This document shows positions 1-11,995 of a stretch of DNA of 64,000 nucleotides, in pieces (position 1 is the first letter of the stretch; the number at the start of each line of letters is the position of its first letter). The translations under genes and the position numbers were made by a program. Origin of the DNA: Vermamoeba vermiformis (taxonomy: Eukaryota). The DNA lies in assembly GCA_045837725.1 (NCBI GenBank), contig JBEWZL010000066.1, positions 310,001 to 374,000 on the forward strand, in the 5' to 3' direction. The notes under the pieces were generated by a model. The model was not told the origin of the DNA. It was given only the letters and a program-made list of their open reading frames with translations, and did not search any database.

Positions 1-1647
1 TGGATGAGCCAACGACGGGTCTAGATAGTGCCGCGGCGTATCAAATAATGACACTGATCAGTTCCACCGCGAAAAGCTTGAACATTGCAGGTATATTATT
101 ACACCTGAGTATCAGCACTACACTTAGCTAATCGCCAATAGTTCTGGCCACAATACACCAGCCCAGCGTACATACATTTGAGGTGTTCGATCAAGTGTTA
201 TTGCTCGCAAAAGTACGTAGCATCCATTTTCATCATTCAACTAAGCGACACCAGGGTCAAACAGTCTATTTCGGACCTACAAACAAGATGCAGGAGTACT
301 TTGAACACGACCTCAGAAAGCCACTGCCGAGGAATGTCAGTCCTCCAGACCATTATATCGACACTGTCAACACGGACTTTGACACCGTGTCAGATCTAGA
401 GCAGATCACGACCTATTGGGCGATGAACCGCGAGTTAAGCGTGCTCGATCAGATTGCTGAATTAGATCAAAGAGCGAGTGCGAGTGACACTAAAACACAA
501 CAAGCATTTCAATCCGATTTTGTATCGCAGGTACGTACTGTGTTTCCAAATAAGGAAGTTGCTGATTGTACGAACGATAGACGGGCTGGTTGGTCCACCG
601 CAGCATGAAGATTATTCAGCGAGACTACGTATCGTACATCATTCGCATTCTATCAGCGTCTGCAGGTGCAATACTGATGGGCAGTTTGTGGTACAAGTTG
701 CCGAATGACACCGATCACCTGCGCGGGTACTATGGAATCGCCTACAATGTAGCACTCATCAATGCGTTCTCGTTGATTGCCAGTATACCTGACAGTACGT
801 AGCAGATCGCATTCAGCTGAGAGATATTCTAACCAAGCTGCAGTGTTGACGGAGCGGATCCGATTCAGTCACGAGCACTCAAATGGCTACTATCGCGTGT
901 TTTCGTGGTTTCTCGCTGCGAATATAATGTCGTCTTTATATCTGTTGGTTGTCTCGCTGTGTTTTTCTGCCATTGCTTTCTTTATGGTACGACCAGTGAA
1001 TGTTCAGCCAGTGAAAAAACCAGGCAAATAACAATGTTATTTGCTCAGGTTGGTTTCACTGAGAGCGTTGAAAGATTCTTCATATTTGAAGCGATTGTCT
1101 TATTGCTCCTGCTGTGTGGTGAAGGTAAGAGAAGGGCGTAGTTTGTTATATTTGCTCACCAATTGTCCTAGCACTGCTGCAGATGATCAGTGTCCTCGTA
1201 CCTCTGTCGTCAATAGCCACAACACTTGGATTGGTCGTAGCAGGACTGTCAGGAGCACTGTCGGGAGTGTTCATCCGTGAGTCAATAGCTCAATTATAGT
1301 ACGTTGACTGACTTGCCATAGGGTTCAATAACATGCCCGTCTATTGGGTATGGGCTAAGTGGCTCAGTTTCTTTCACTACGGTGTCAATGCACTGATGCT
1401 CAATCAGTATCAAGGCACTGATGTGACGTGCATCCCTACAAAGCTACGCCCATGTCCTAACGTCAATGTCGATCAAGTGGCAGTTATCTCGGGAGATGAA
1501 TTGATCCGACAACTGGATCTGACTTTCACGGACATTGGTTATCCGCTGTATTGTCTCATCGCTTATTTTGTTGTGCACAAAACAATCACTTTGATTGCTC
1601 TCTGCGGTGTTACTAGGCAATCCCAAAATAAAAATAGCACAAAGTGA
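1..1647 (+). CDS. ABCG (White-like) transporter, 5'-truncated by the window edge, multi-exon
   Basis: The window opens in the Walker B/D-loop (L)DEPTTGLDS, followed by the H-loop TIHQPS and GQTVYFGP. ABC2 membrane segments follow (ERIRFSHEHSNGYY, MPVYWVWAKWLSFFHYGVNALMLNQY). Stop at 1645-1647. Confidence 0.9.
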
Positions 1648-1671
1648 GCTCTGATCTTGGTACCAACTGAC

Positions 1672-4600
1672 TTACTCTTTAATGCCGACTTGATACAATA
1701 TCCAAGCATAGTACTCGGCACGTTCTTTCAACAAGTCATATCGACCTGATGCACCAAAGTGACCTTGCACCATTTCAGTCTTGATGAGCAGTTGATTGTT
1801 GTCAGTCTTCATCGTCCTCAGCTTGGCCACGTACTTGGCTGGTTCCCAGTACGCCACACGAGGATCATTAATGCCCGTGTTGATGTGAATGGCTGGGTAA
1901 TCAGTTTTGCGAATGTTGTCGTAGGGCGAATACGACAGCATATAGTGGTAGTACTGCTGGTCTTGAGGATTGCCTAATTAGGAAATGTCAGTCACGTGAT
2001 CGTTGTGAGTGCCAGCGTCTATCTTATACTCACCCCACTCCTCGTATTCGTTGACTGTCAATGGCAGTGATGGGTCCAACATGGTGTTGATCACATCGAC
2101 GAATGGAACACGTACCAGTGCGGCCTGTATTCGAGTTAGTATGCTTCATACGACCTCGTTGGTAAGTTGTAACACGTACTCGATACAGTTCTGGGCGCAT
2201 ATTCATCACGGCACAAATCAACAGACCACCTGCACTGCCACCTTGGATCACGAGCTTGTTCGATGAGGTGTATTTCTACACGTGGTATTTAGTATACTAT
2301 TGCCGTATGAGGCAGGTACTACTTACGTTTGTCAGTAAATATTCAGAGCAAGCAATAAAGTCGTAAAAAGTATTCTTCTTCTTCAACAGTTTGCCGTCTT
2401 CGTACCAAGATCTGCCCAACTCACCGCCACCTCTGTTCGATGTCGATTAGTTCACCAAGTATTAGAGAATTACCATACGTACCTAATGTGAGCATAAGCG
2501 AAGACAAATCCTCGATCAAGCAATGAGATCAAGTTCTCGTTGAAATCCGGATCGATCGAGACTTCATAAGCTCCATAACCGTACTAAAAATTATATTAGT
2601 ACCAATTTAAATATATATATATATGTAAAGTAATGTATGATCCCCTCTGAGCAATCAATCAACCATCATGTAACGACTGTGCTTTAGGACCACTCAAATA
2701 AATATCAACAAGCATGCAATGCGCTATTAATATCTATATCGACTTGATTGATATAGGAGATAACACCTTCTCGATGCACTCAAATGTTATGAGACAAGGA
2801 GGCCGTTTCTCCCTCAAAATAATTTGCGGATCTAACCATCAAGATCGGATCCAATTACTTAAATAGTACTATTAGTGTATACTTACCAGCATCATTGGGT
2901 TAGACCCGTCGTGTTTGAACAAGTCCTTGCGATAGACGAGCGAGATTGGTACTTTAACACCGTCGTGTGAGGGTGCAAACACACGAACAGTCTCGTACTT
3001 GGAGGCGTCATATCCGAGCACCGGCTGCGTCTTGACCACGTGTGTCTCGCGCGTGGACATGTTGTAGTCGATGACACTGCGCGGTGTGACCATGCTGCTG
3101 TACTTGAATCTATTGGCTCGTAATTAGCAAGGCTGTTCTAACGCGTCAAACTCATCACTCGACACGAGTGCACGTACCGGAACAGTTCCGTGTCGTATTC
3201 CAAATTAGTATCGGGCTCCAAACTGTACACTGTCTCGGAGTGCTTCACAGTGTGGATTTCACCTAAAGACAGCTCTTAGAACCAATCTCAAATTTAACAA
3301 ATTACTTTCATGTCTTACCAGTAGTCGTGTCCATGACGCGCAAATATTGCAAACCTCCCTCGCGCGTGAACAACTGCAAAGGTAGGTGATAAGGGAGATA
3401 TCTTTGGCAATACAATCGCAGCCAGTACGTACCACTAAGTGCTTCTTGAACACATTCATAATTTCAATCTTCACGCTCGGGTTGTGCGGCACCAACTCGC
3501 GCCACTTTGATCTGTCCTCGAACGAGTTCTAACAAATGACAGTCAGTGTCAGAACAACGACTTTGACACGTGTCAAACTAATAGTGTCAAATCTCGTGTC
3601 AAAATTACGTACCACATCAGTGATCATCACACGATTGTTGTGCGCCTCTTCATTGGTCAAGATAATAAAATGACCGTTTTGATGTTCGATTGTGTACTAT
3701 TATTGAAAAATTAAGGGTCAGATCTAGAGTCATATTAAGTAATGTCTTAAGCCTTACCTCTACATCTTGCTGTCTAGCGCGGAACAACTTAAAATTGCTG
3801 TTCTGCGGCACATCAGCATCGAGCACACGTATTTCAGTGGCAGTGCGGCTCATGCTTGCAATGAACACGTACTTGCCGTCTTGAGACTTGTACAGCTGCA
3901 CACGGAACTTCTCGTCCGTTTCTGAGAATTAAATAATATTAATACTGTATTAATAGTATTATTTATTCGACTTCGTACCAGTGTAGAGAAGCTCGTCGCT
4001 GGCTGAATCCGTTCCCAAAACATGTTTCCAGAGCTTGAAAGGACTAAAATAGCGATGTCAGGTAATAAATGGGTAATAAGAATATTTAAGCTCGAGATCG
4101 AAGTGTATGTACCAAAAGATCTATTAAGAAAAAACATACCGCTCAGCATGATCCATAGTAGTATAATATAAAGTCTTGTTATCATTGTTCCACTCTAATG
4201 AGCTCTCAGTATTCTCAATTCTGTCTTCAAAGACTTGACCAGTGGCCAGATCTTTGACTTGGACTTGAAACTTCTCTCGGCCAATGTAATCGACTGAATA
4301 AGCCAAGAACTTTTGATCCGGACTCAATTTAAGGAGGCCTAAGACACATGTTGTTTGATTCTTGGCTAATTCGTTCTGATCCAGTACCGGCTACAAAATG
4401 ATAAATAATGAGAATTAAATATGAGTTGATAGTAGTCTTACCTCTTCAGGTCCATTTAACCCTTTAGTGCGCGTTCTTATCTTATATTGAAGGCCTTCAA
4501 CGGTTTTAACGCTGCAGTATTGAAGTCAGTACGCGGATCTGAATTTTTGAAAAGATAATTCTACGTGCATGTAATAGTATTCTCCATTCTTATAAGGAGG

Positions 4601-5055
4601 CTCAACATCAGTTTCTTTAATTCTCGACACTAATTCTTTGTAAATTGTATCAGCTAGCGGCTTCTGTTCGGCGATCACATCTGGGATGCGAAAAGTGAGT
4701 TCATTTGCACGAATTAGTCTTAATTTAGTTGTAAAATAGAAAAATTACCAAGTCTATATTTGTTTTCGGCCTCTAGATAGTCCAACACCTCCTGATTGGT
4801 CTTGTCTCTGAGCCAAAAATACGGATCGTCATGTTTGTTTCCGTGGATGTCCCACAAATGCGACTTTTTGGCCGCAAGGGGTGGTTTAATAGTGTTCTCT
4901 GAATATGTAATCATGTTACTATGTCTGTTCGTCGTGTTTGTACTGTACAGCAAGATCGCTGCCAGCAAGATCAGCAGTGTCAAAATTAACTGTAGTTTGT
5001 CTATTTTAATAGTAATGCCAATTAGACATACTTTAAAATAATTTAGTAATTTCAT
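1672..5055 (-). CDS. Oligopeptidase B (S9A prolyl oligopeptidase family), multi-exon, with hydrophobic N-terminus
   Basis: N-terminal DDPYFWLRD, propeller [12 protein letters not shown], nucleophile GGSAGG, catalytic Asp in [12 protein letters not shown] and catalytic His in GHFGASGR. The ATG at 5055 is inferred. Confidence 0.9.
3562..3577. repeat. Palindrome TTTGACACGTGTCAAA, representative copy of a dispersed motif
   Basis: Perfect 16-bp palindrome inside an intron, with an identical 16-mer at 45922-45937. The 12-bp core also occurs at 7916, 11679, 13442 and 63414. Confidence 0.8.
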
Positions 5056-6087
5056 ATTTAGATTTAATAGCAAATAAAATTGAAAATAAATGCAAAAAAA
5101 TGTTGGATCTGACGTGGCACTGCCGAAATTTTGACGTATTAATATTGTTGCTCTATTATAGTGTACCTATTTTCGAAGTTGTACTGTACAATCGGTTTAT
5201 TGACAGATGTGTTGAATTTCGAGTGAGACCAGATCTTGCCCGAGAATTCAACTTGGTTCCAACAGGATTAATGCCTTGATAAAATAAGCTATTAGGTCGT
5301 ATTAATTTTTGTATGAGTTTAGCACAGGTGAAAGACATGTGGTTCTCCTAATAAAATAAATTGCTAATAATTACCAAAAAAATCTATTTCAAATTTAATT
5401 AACAGCTTCGCTGTGCCTGACCAAACGATAAATTTAGGTTAATTATTCAATAGTAATAGTGGCAGGGTAGAGTCTTGCTACAAGTGAAAAGTTAAAGCGT
5501 TTGGTGAATCCTCAACAAAATTTCCACCGTAACCGCGACAAATGCAAAGGTCATAATTAAAACGCGTACCTGTGTTATAGAATCAGTTAACAATGTTAAG
5601 AATTAACCAACAAAATCCTCACAAGACTTGGCGAAAAAGAAGGAGAAGAAGGACGCATTAATTTCAATAAGGCCAATTCAACTTAGAATCCACGACGTAA
5701 GGATGAAAGTCTTATAATGATATCTGAAGCTATATCTCTTAGCTGAAAAACAGAATATAATATAATCTTTTTTGGACTCATGTCTAGACACAAGTTCGGT
5801 CCAAACGTCCACGTCCAGTTCTCATGTTTTGTAACGATTTAATCTTCGATTATTTCGCAAAAACGAAATAGTGATTGCCATATTAGCACATTATAGCTTC
5901 CGCTACCACGTGCCCCGCAATATTTATTTCTTTTTAACTGCAGTTTGGGTGCAATTTCAAAGCTTTGAAACAACACCACTTGTTGTCAACACGCACTAGC
6001 AAGTCAAAGTGTTATCATAGCAGTGGTGCATTGATCATTTATTATTTGTTTCTTTCTATTTATTTGTTTAGTTTGACGCGATCATAG

Positions 6088-9000
6088 ATGCGTCTCAAAT
6101 CAAGCGGAATCGCTGTAATCGTGCTTATTGCACTATGCATATCATTAGTACAAGGTAAATACCAAGTAGAAGTTGCTAATAAGTCTTTTCTCGATTAATT
6201 AAATTACGCGGCTAATCCGATCGCACCATGAAATTAGTACTCATGACTTGTATTATAATAGGCCAGCGTACCTATACTAACTGCGTTTATCTGGACGGGC
6301 ATTCAAATATGCGCTTGTCATGGAATCTAACGGACACGGAGATATTAGGCTCGATTGAAGGCGATATTGGCGACGGCTGGATGGGTAAGCATACAATAAT
6401 ATTAAATAATTATTATTTGTCGATTTTTCCGTCTTCACGACAATTAATTTGGATCTACTTCAAAATAGCGTTCGGAATTGCTTTGGGGTCCGAATTCTAC
6501 ATGACTAGCGACGGACAGGGTACCGATGCTATCGTTGGTGCTATGCGTGACGACGGAGCATGCAATAATGGCTGCATTCGCGATTACTGGTAAATCCAGC
6601 TTTCTGTTGTAGCTTCTTTCGCAAAATTTTCAATTAGTTTCTCACTTCGCATTCATAAATAGGATTTATGCATATGCTACACCACGTCTGGATACTTCGC
6701 AAGATGTTCAGCTCGTTAGCGCGAATAGGACAGGCAACCACGTGACATTACATTTCAGACGTTTGTTGAACACTAATGATACTGCTGAGGACCGCGTAAG
6801 TCGATATTAGATGAACAAGAACTATATATTATAGCCAGGCTCATATACATACAAAATTTCCTTATTGGGATCTTGTTCCCTTTTGGGGATAGCGATCGAG
6901 ATCTTCAGCTAATTAAGATGAAATTAGGCAATTAATACGACAATTCAACGCATTAACTGGGCGTATAACACCAATAAAGATGCCCTCAATAGCAACGGTA
7001 CTCTAATGATGCGCCATGAAAATCAAGGCACTTTGTTGCTGAACTTGACTGCGCCATGTAAGGACTTATTAATGCCGATTATAAGCACCATAATTAATAC
7101 TAATATAATGTAGCGCAATGCGTGCTTCAAGCTCAAACAACTACCTTCACCAATCACGACGGCAATTATCGTGCCTCATGGGTCATCGATCAGACAGCAG
7201 GCACCATCACTGTCACTGCTAAAGCTAAGACTAAAGGTACGCATATACCAAATAAGGAAATAATTTTAAAATTAACATTATCTCGCATAGGCTGGGTCAG
7301 TTTTGGATTTAACACCAAGCCAGGCATGACTGGTGGTGACGTCATTGTCGGTACGTTGCATTCATTTCCAAGCAATAAATGAGACTCACACAGCGTGTTA
7401 CATCTAGGCTGGATCGGCCCTAACAACAGCACTGTCGTGACTGATCGGACAGCAGTCAAAGAAGAGTTGCCCGTGCTCGACACTTCGCTGCCGAACGGTG
7501 CTAATGACGTGACTAACGCGCAGGCTTACACTGAAGTGATTGACGGCGCTACATTCACCGTGATTGTGTTCACGCGTCAGTTAGTCACCAATGATCCCAA
7601 CGACATTGCATTGATTGACGGTGACGCCACACCAACCTACTTGATGTGGGCGTATGGTGGCGATGCCTCTGTGCACGGCGATAAATTTGATCAAGTAAGT
7701 TATCTCGCGAAGAAAGTGCCTAAAGATCGCTATATTAATTCATCATAGCACGTGGACGCTGGCTCAGAACAAATCAACTTCTTCGACGGTTGTATTGCTG
7801 CCCCTCGTTTGATGGGTTTCGCTCTTGAAAAGGCTCACGGCATGTTGATGGTGATTGGCTGGTTCTGCTTCTTGCCCATTGGTACGTATTACTTTGTTGA
7901 AGTAACCAAACTCGTTGACACGTGTCACTTCAGGCATGTTCGCCTCGCGCTACATGAAGACCATGACACCGCGCTGGTTCCCCACACACGTCGCCCTGCA
8001 GACTATTGGTGTGGCCATGATCATCGTCAGCTTCATCATTATTGTCGTTGAACACAGCGGTGCTATTCATGTGGGCTTGCATCAGATCGTTGGTGTCATT
8101 GTGTTTGGATTGACACTTTCCTTGCCTCTGTTGGGCATTATTGCTGACAGAATGTTCGATCCTAAACGCAAGTCTGCTCCTGTTTTCCCCGATCAGGTAC
8201 GCACATTGCCCATTATTGAAAGTTCCAGTCGGATCTAACTTAATGCAGCTCCACTGGTGGATCGGTCGCCTTACCTTCTTGGGTGCCATTGTCAACGTGT
8301 TCTTTGGTATCTGGGAGTTCTCAGTCTATTCAATTCTGCTCTGGGTCTTCGCTGCTGCATGGCTCATTCTCACTCTCGTCGTGCTCATCGTGCAAGAACG
8401 ACGTGTCGGTCAAACACACGAACAAGACTACAAAGAAATTGAAATCAAGAGTGACTCTGAAAGCAGTGCCTCTAGTACGTGAAATCAATCCCTACTTGTT
8501 TCCACTGGATCTAATTTATTCACAGCACTCACTTCCAGCAAGCGCACGTTGAACAAAGTAGAACAAAAGAACAACTTGAACACTTTCATCGTGTACATTG
8601 TGTAAGTATAATAGTGGGTCGTTGATTAGTACAATAATAATTAACGTGCAACACTAGTTTGAGCGCTGCACTCGTCTTAGCCTTCTGCGTGGTGCTTGGC
8701 ATAACCCAACCTTTTGGACACCGTCTGTTCGATAGTAAGTCGTATCCTAATTTCGCAAACATGATACTAATAGGCTGCTAGCTGACGGTCAGTTGTGCAT
8801 GAGATTTGACAAGTACCAAGTTAAGCCCGTTGAAACTGCTTACGTTTGCCGGTAAGTTCTGTCGCTGATTATATTTGGCTTATACTATGTGCCTAATTAT
8901 CTCGCAGTGGTTTTATGTTCCCGCAAGATCGTCCCTATCACGTGCTCAAATTCGAACCTATTCTCGACAACCCAGCCTACGTGCATCACATGATCTTGTA

Positions 9001-9991
9001 TTCTGTGCCCGAGTACGTGGACAAAGAGTACTTCTCGTGCGGTGAAACTCCTCCTGGCGCATTCCCGCTGTACGCTTGGGCTGTGGGCATGGACACATTT
9101 GAAACACCCGAGAACGTTGGCTTTAGAGTCGGACGAGGTACGCCACTAAATGAATCCCATCATATATAGTCCGCTCATATCTTATTACTAGATGCTGTCA
9201 CGCAATACATTGTGCTCGAGATTCATTACAACAATCCCGAAAAGACCTCTGGCATTGTTGACTCATCTGGTGTGCGCATGACCATGACAGCGGATCTGAG
9301 ACCCATCGATGCAGGTATCTTCGTGCTCGGTGTTGATACTGGCAGCATCAATATCCCTGCTAACACCGACATCTACGAGGTAAGACATAATTTATTTAAA
9401 AAGACTATTAAACAGAAAGGGCTACTAACAGCATTGTAGATGACATCAACGTGCGGTGCCAAACAAACCAACAGTTTGCCGCCTGCCAACAAAGTCAATG
9501 CCCTGGTCGATGACTACGTTATCTTCAGCTCGGGGTCTGCACATGCATCAACATGGTCGCCAGATTTACACTGAACAATTCAGGTACGTTTGACACGCGT
9601 CAAACTGTCACTTTGACACGCACACTAACCAATTCCACAGAGACAACCAGAAGATTGGTGATGTTGGCTGCAATGACTACTTTGACTTCCAACGTCAGAA
9701 ATTTACACCAGTCAATGTGACTCTCAAGCCCGGTGACCAGTTCATCACGCACTGTATTTGGAACACTACTGGCTCGGACCAGAATGTTAAAGGCTGCGAG
9801 TCGACCTCGTGCGAAATGTGCCTCAATTACATTGCTTATTACCCACAAATCCCTGGTGGTATGTACCAATCGTATTCTTTGTAATATTGTACTTGAGGTA
9901 ACTCATCTTGCGTGTAGGTGGTGGCAGTTGCGTCGGCAAACCAACCGCAGTGGACAACCCCGTAAGACGACAAAACTGTCCCGCAAACTAA
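6088..9991 (+). CDS. Signal peptide + 2x DOMON + cytochrome b561 + extra TM helix + copper type II ascorbate-dependent (DBH/PHM-like) monooxygenase fusion
   Basis: By-eye splicing gives one frame. It runs MRLKSSGIAVIVLIALCISLVQG; DOMON1 (FYMTSD...MRHENQG); DOMON2 (PGMTGGD...DQHVDAG); b561 His motifs AHGMLM, WFPTHVALQ, LHQIVG, LHWWIG; then CuH VHHMILY and LEIHYNN, CuM HMHQHG and CEMC. One extra G at about 9532-9535 breaks the frame. Confidence 0.85.
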
Positions 9992-10152
9992 ATGGAGTTC
10001 CAACTATTTATTTTCTGTTTAATAAAATACAAACCTTTTTATTTTTCGAATTCAGTGAAAGCACGTGCTGTTTAACTTGTGCAATCGTGCGCAAAAAGTA
10101 CAATTAAATATCTTCATCTCAAGACTAGCACTGCCACGCTTAAATTGTAACA

Positions 10153-11926
10153 ATGGATGTAAGATTTAAAGGCATATCTCGTTTTGATTTTGTTCACTAA
10201 CCGCGGATTTAGACGTTTGAGCCCATCGTTGAAGTATGCAGCCATGTCATTGAGGTGGAATTTCATGTATATATGTACCATATATTTGAGAAAGCAGGTA
10301 AGACACGACTTTTTTAAAATAACGGTAACGATCCCGCTCAAATTTTTAACCTCTTGTATCATAATCGATTGCATCAAAAATTACACGCCAAAATTACATT
10401 GCTTTTTATAAGCCACGGAGAGTAATTATCGACGTTCAATTTCAATTTAGTGATCCGGTCTGAAATTGCCAAGCGATTCAGTTTCACAATCTCATTGCAT
10501 CTTAATAGGTTACAAATTACATACTGTAAGAAACCCCACTCGAGACGATTATACACAATTGCCCTGCGAAAGTGTCGATCTAACGTTGATCAAACAAAAC
10601 GGGGACACAATAACGTAAGTATAACCACTTCTAAAGGCTATACTAAGTGTTATCTTTTTATAGACGCAAAGACGTTATTCCTGAAGCCTACTCAAATTGC
10701 CTCGACTTTTATGTACTGGATTTACCTCAACCAGCCTTCTTCCCCTCTTATTGGTGCCATACTTTATCCCCCAATGGTGTCGTATTAAAACAAGTAGTAT
10801 TTCAAACACTCGACAATCGCACCAAACTGCCATTCACGATGATTATTCCAGATTTTATGTTGAGGTACGCATTCGAGTCACATCCGCCCTTCATTAACCA
10901 TTTCACCTTGAAGTATTGAACTCGATGAAGTGAGAGCAGTTGAGTGGCGTACAGGACGTGGCCGTGAGTACCGTGTTGATTTTGTATCGATTCCAGATTT
11001 CATTCAACGACAACGACTGTACTCTCCGCTGGCAGCCAACAACACTGAGGAAAAACAGAACGAGAAATCACGTGCTCAACCGATCATCACCGACAAGATT
11101 GTGGACTTGAGACCCATTTGCCCACGCATATTCAATCAGGGCGATCTCGGCACTTGTGGCGTCACTAACTTCACCTCGTTGATCGAGTGGACCACGGGTA
11201 AATATCACAAAATATTACACGACTCCAGCATTAATGACACAAAATTTGTCACAGGCAAGAAGCTGTCCGTGCTGTTTTTGTACTGGAACACGCGTGTCAA
11301 AGTCGACAATCAACTGCACTACGATGACAGTGGTTCGGAGTATGACTCGATGATGAAAGCTGTCTTCGACTACGGCTTGTGCTCGGATGAGTTGTGGCCC
11401 TACAACACGGTCAAGTTCTTGGAAGAGCCTCCTAAAGAAGGTACGTATAAAGGTCCACGTGTCACGCAACGATGTACTAATGCTATCCATCTATTAGCTT
11501 ACGAAGAGGCTGAAAAGTGGATCAAATTCAAGCCCGAACAATTTCACGCACTTTCAACGCTCGATGAGATTAAACAAAGCTTGCGTCAGAAGCGACCAGT
11601 GCTCGCTGACATTATGTTTGGAGGTGAAGCTTATTGCAAGGGCGTGACGCGATCAGGACAAGTAAGTTGAACTTAATATGACACGTGTCATTGAGCATTC
11701 TAATCTGACACTTTGACAGGTGCCAAACATGCCACACGACAGCGTGGTAGTTGACAGCAACGAACACTCGTGTCTGATTGTCGGGTACAACGATGAGACC
11801 GCACAACTGATCATTCAGAACAGTTGGGGTACTGGTTGGGGTGTCGGTGGCTTTGGTTACGTGCCTTATGAGTACATTTTGACCAAACACTTCACGCACT
11901 TGACCACTTGGAATCCAGAACAATAA
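10153..11926 (+). CDS. Papain-family (C1A) cysteine peptidase with N-terminal extension and no obvious signal peptide
   Basis: Catalytic motifs VDLRPICPRIFNQGDLGTC (Gln/Cys), NEHSCLIVGY (His) and IQNSWGTGWGVGGFGY (Asn). Upstream exons splice in frame back to the ATG at 10153. Confidence 0.85.
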
Positions 11927-11995
11927 GCCAAGCGGACCTATTTTGTATTTGTATTGTAATAAAAGTATTGATTTCTTACGGCCAGTGAGATTTAT

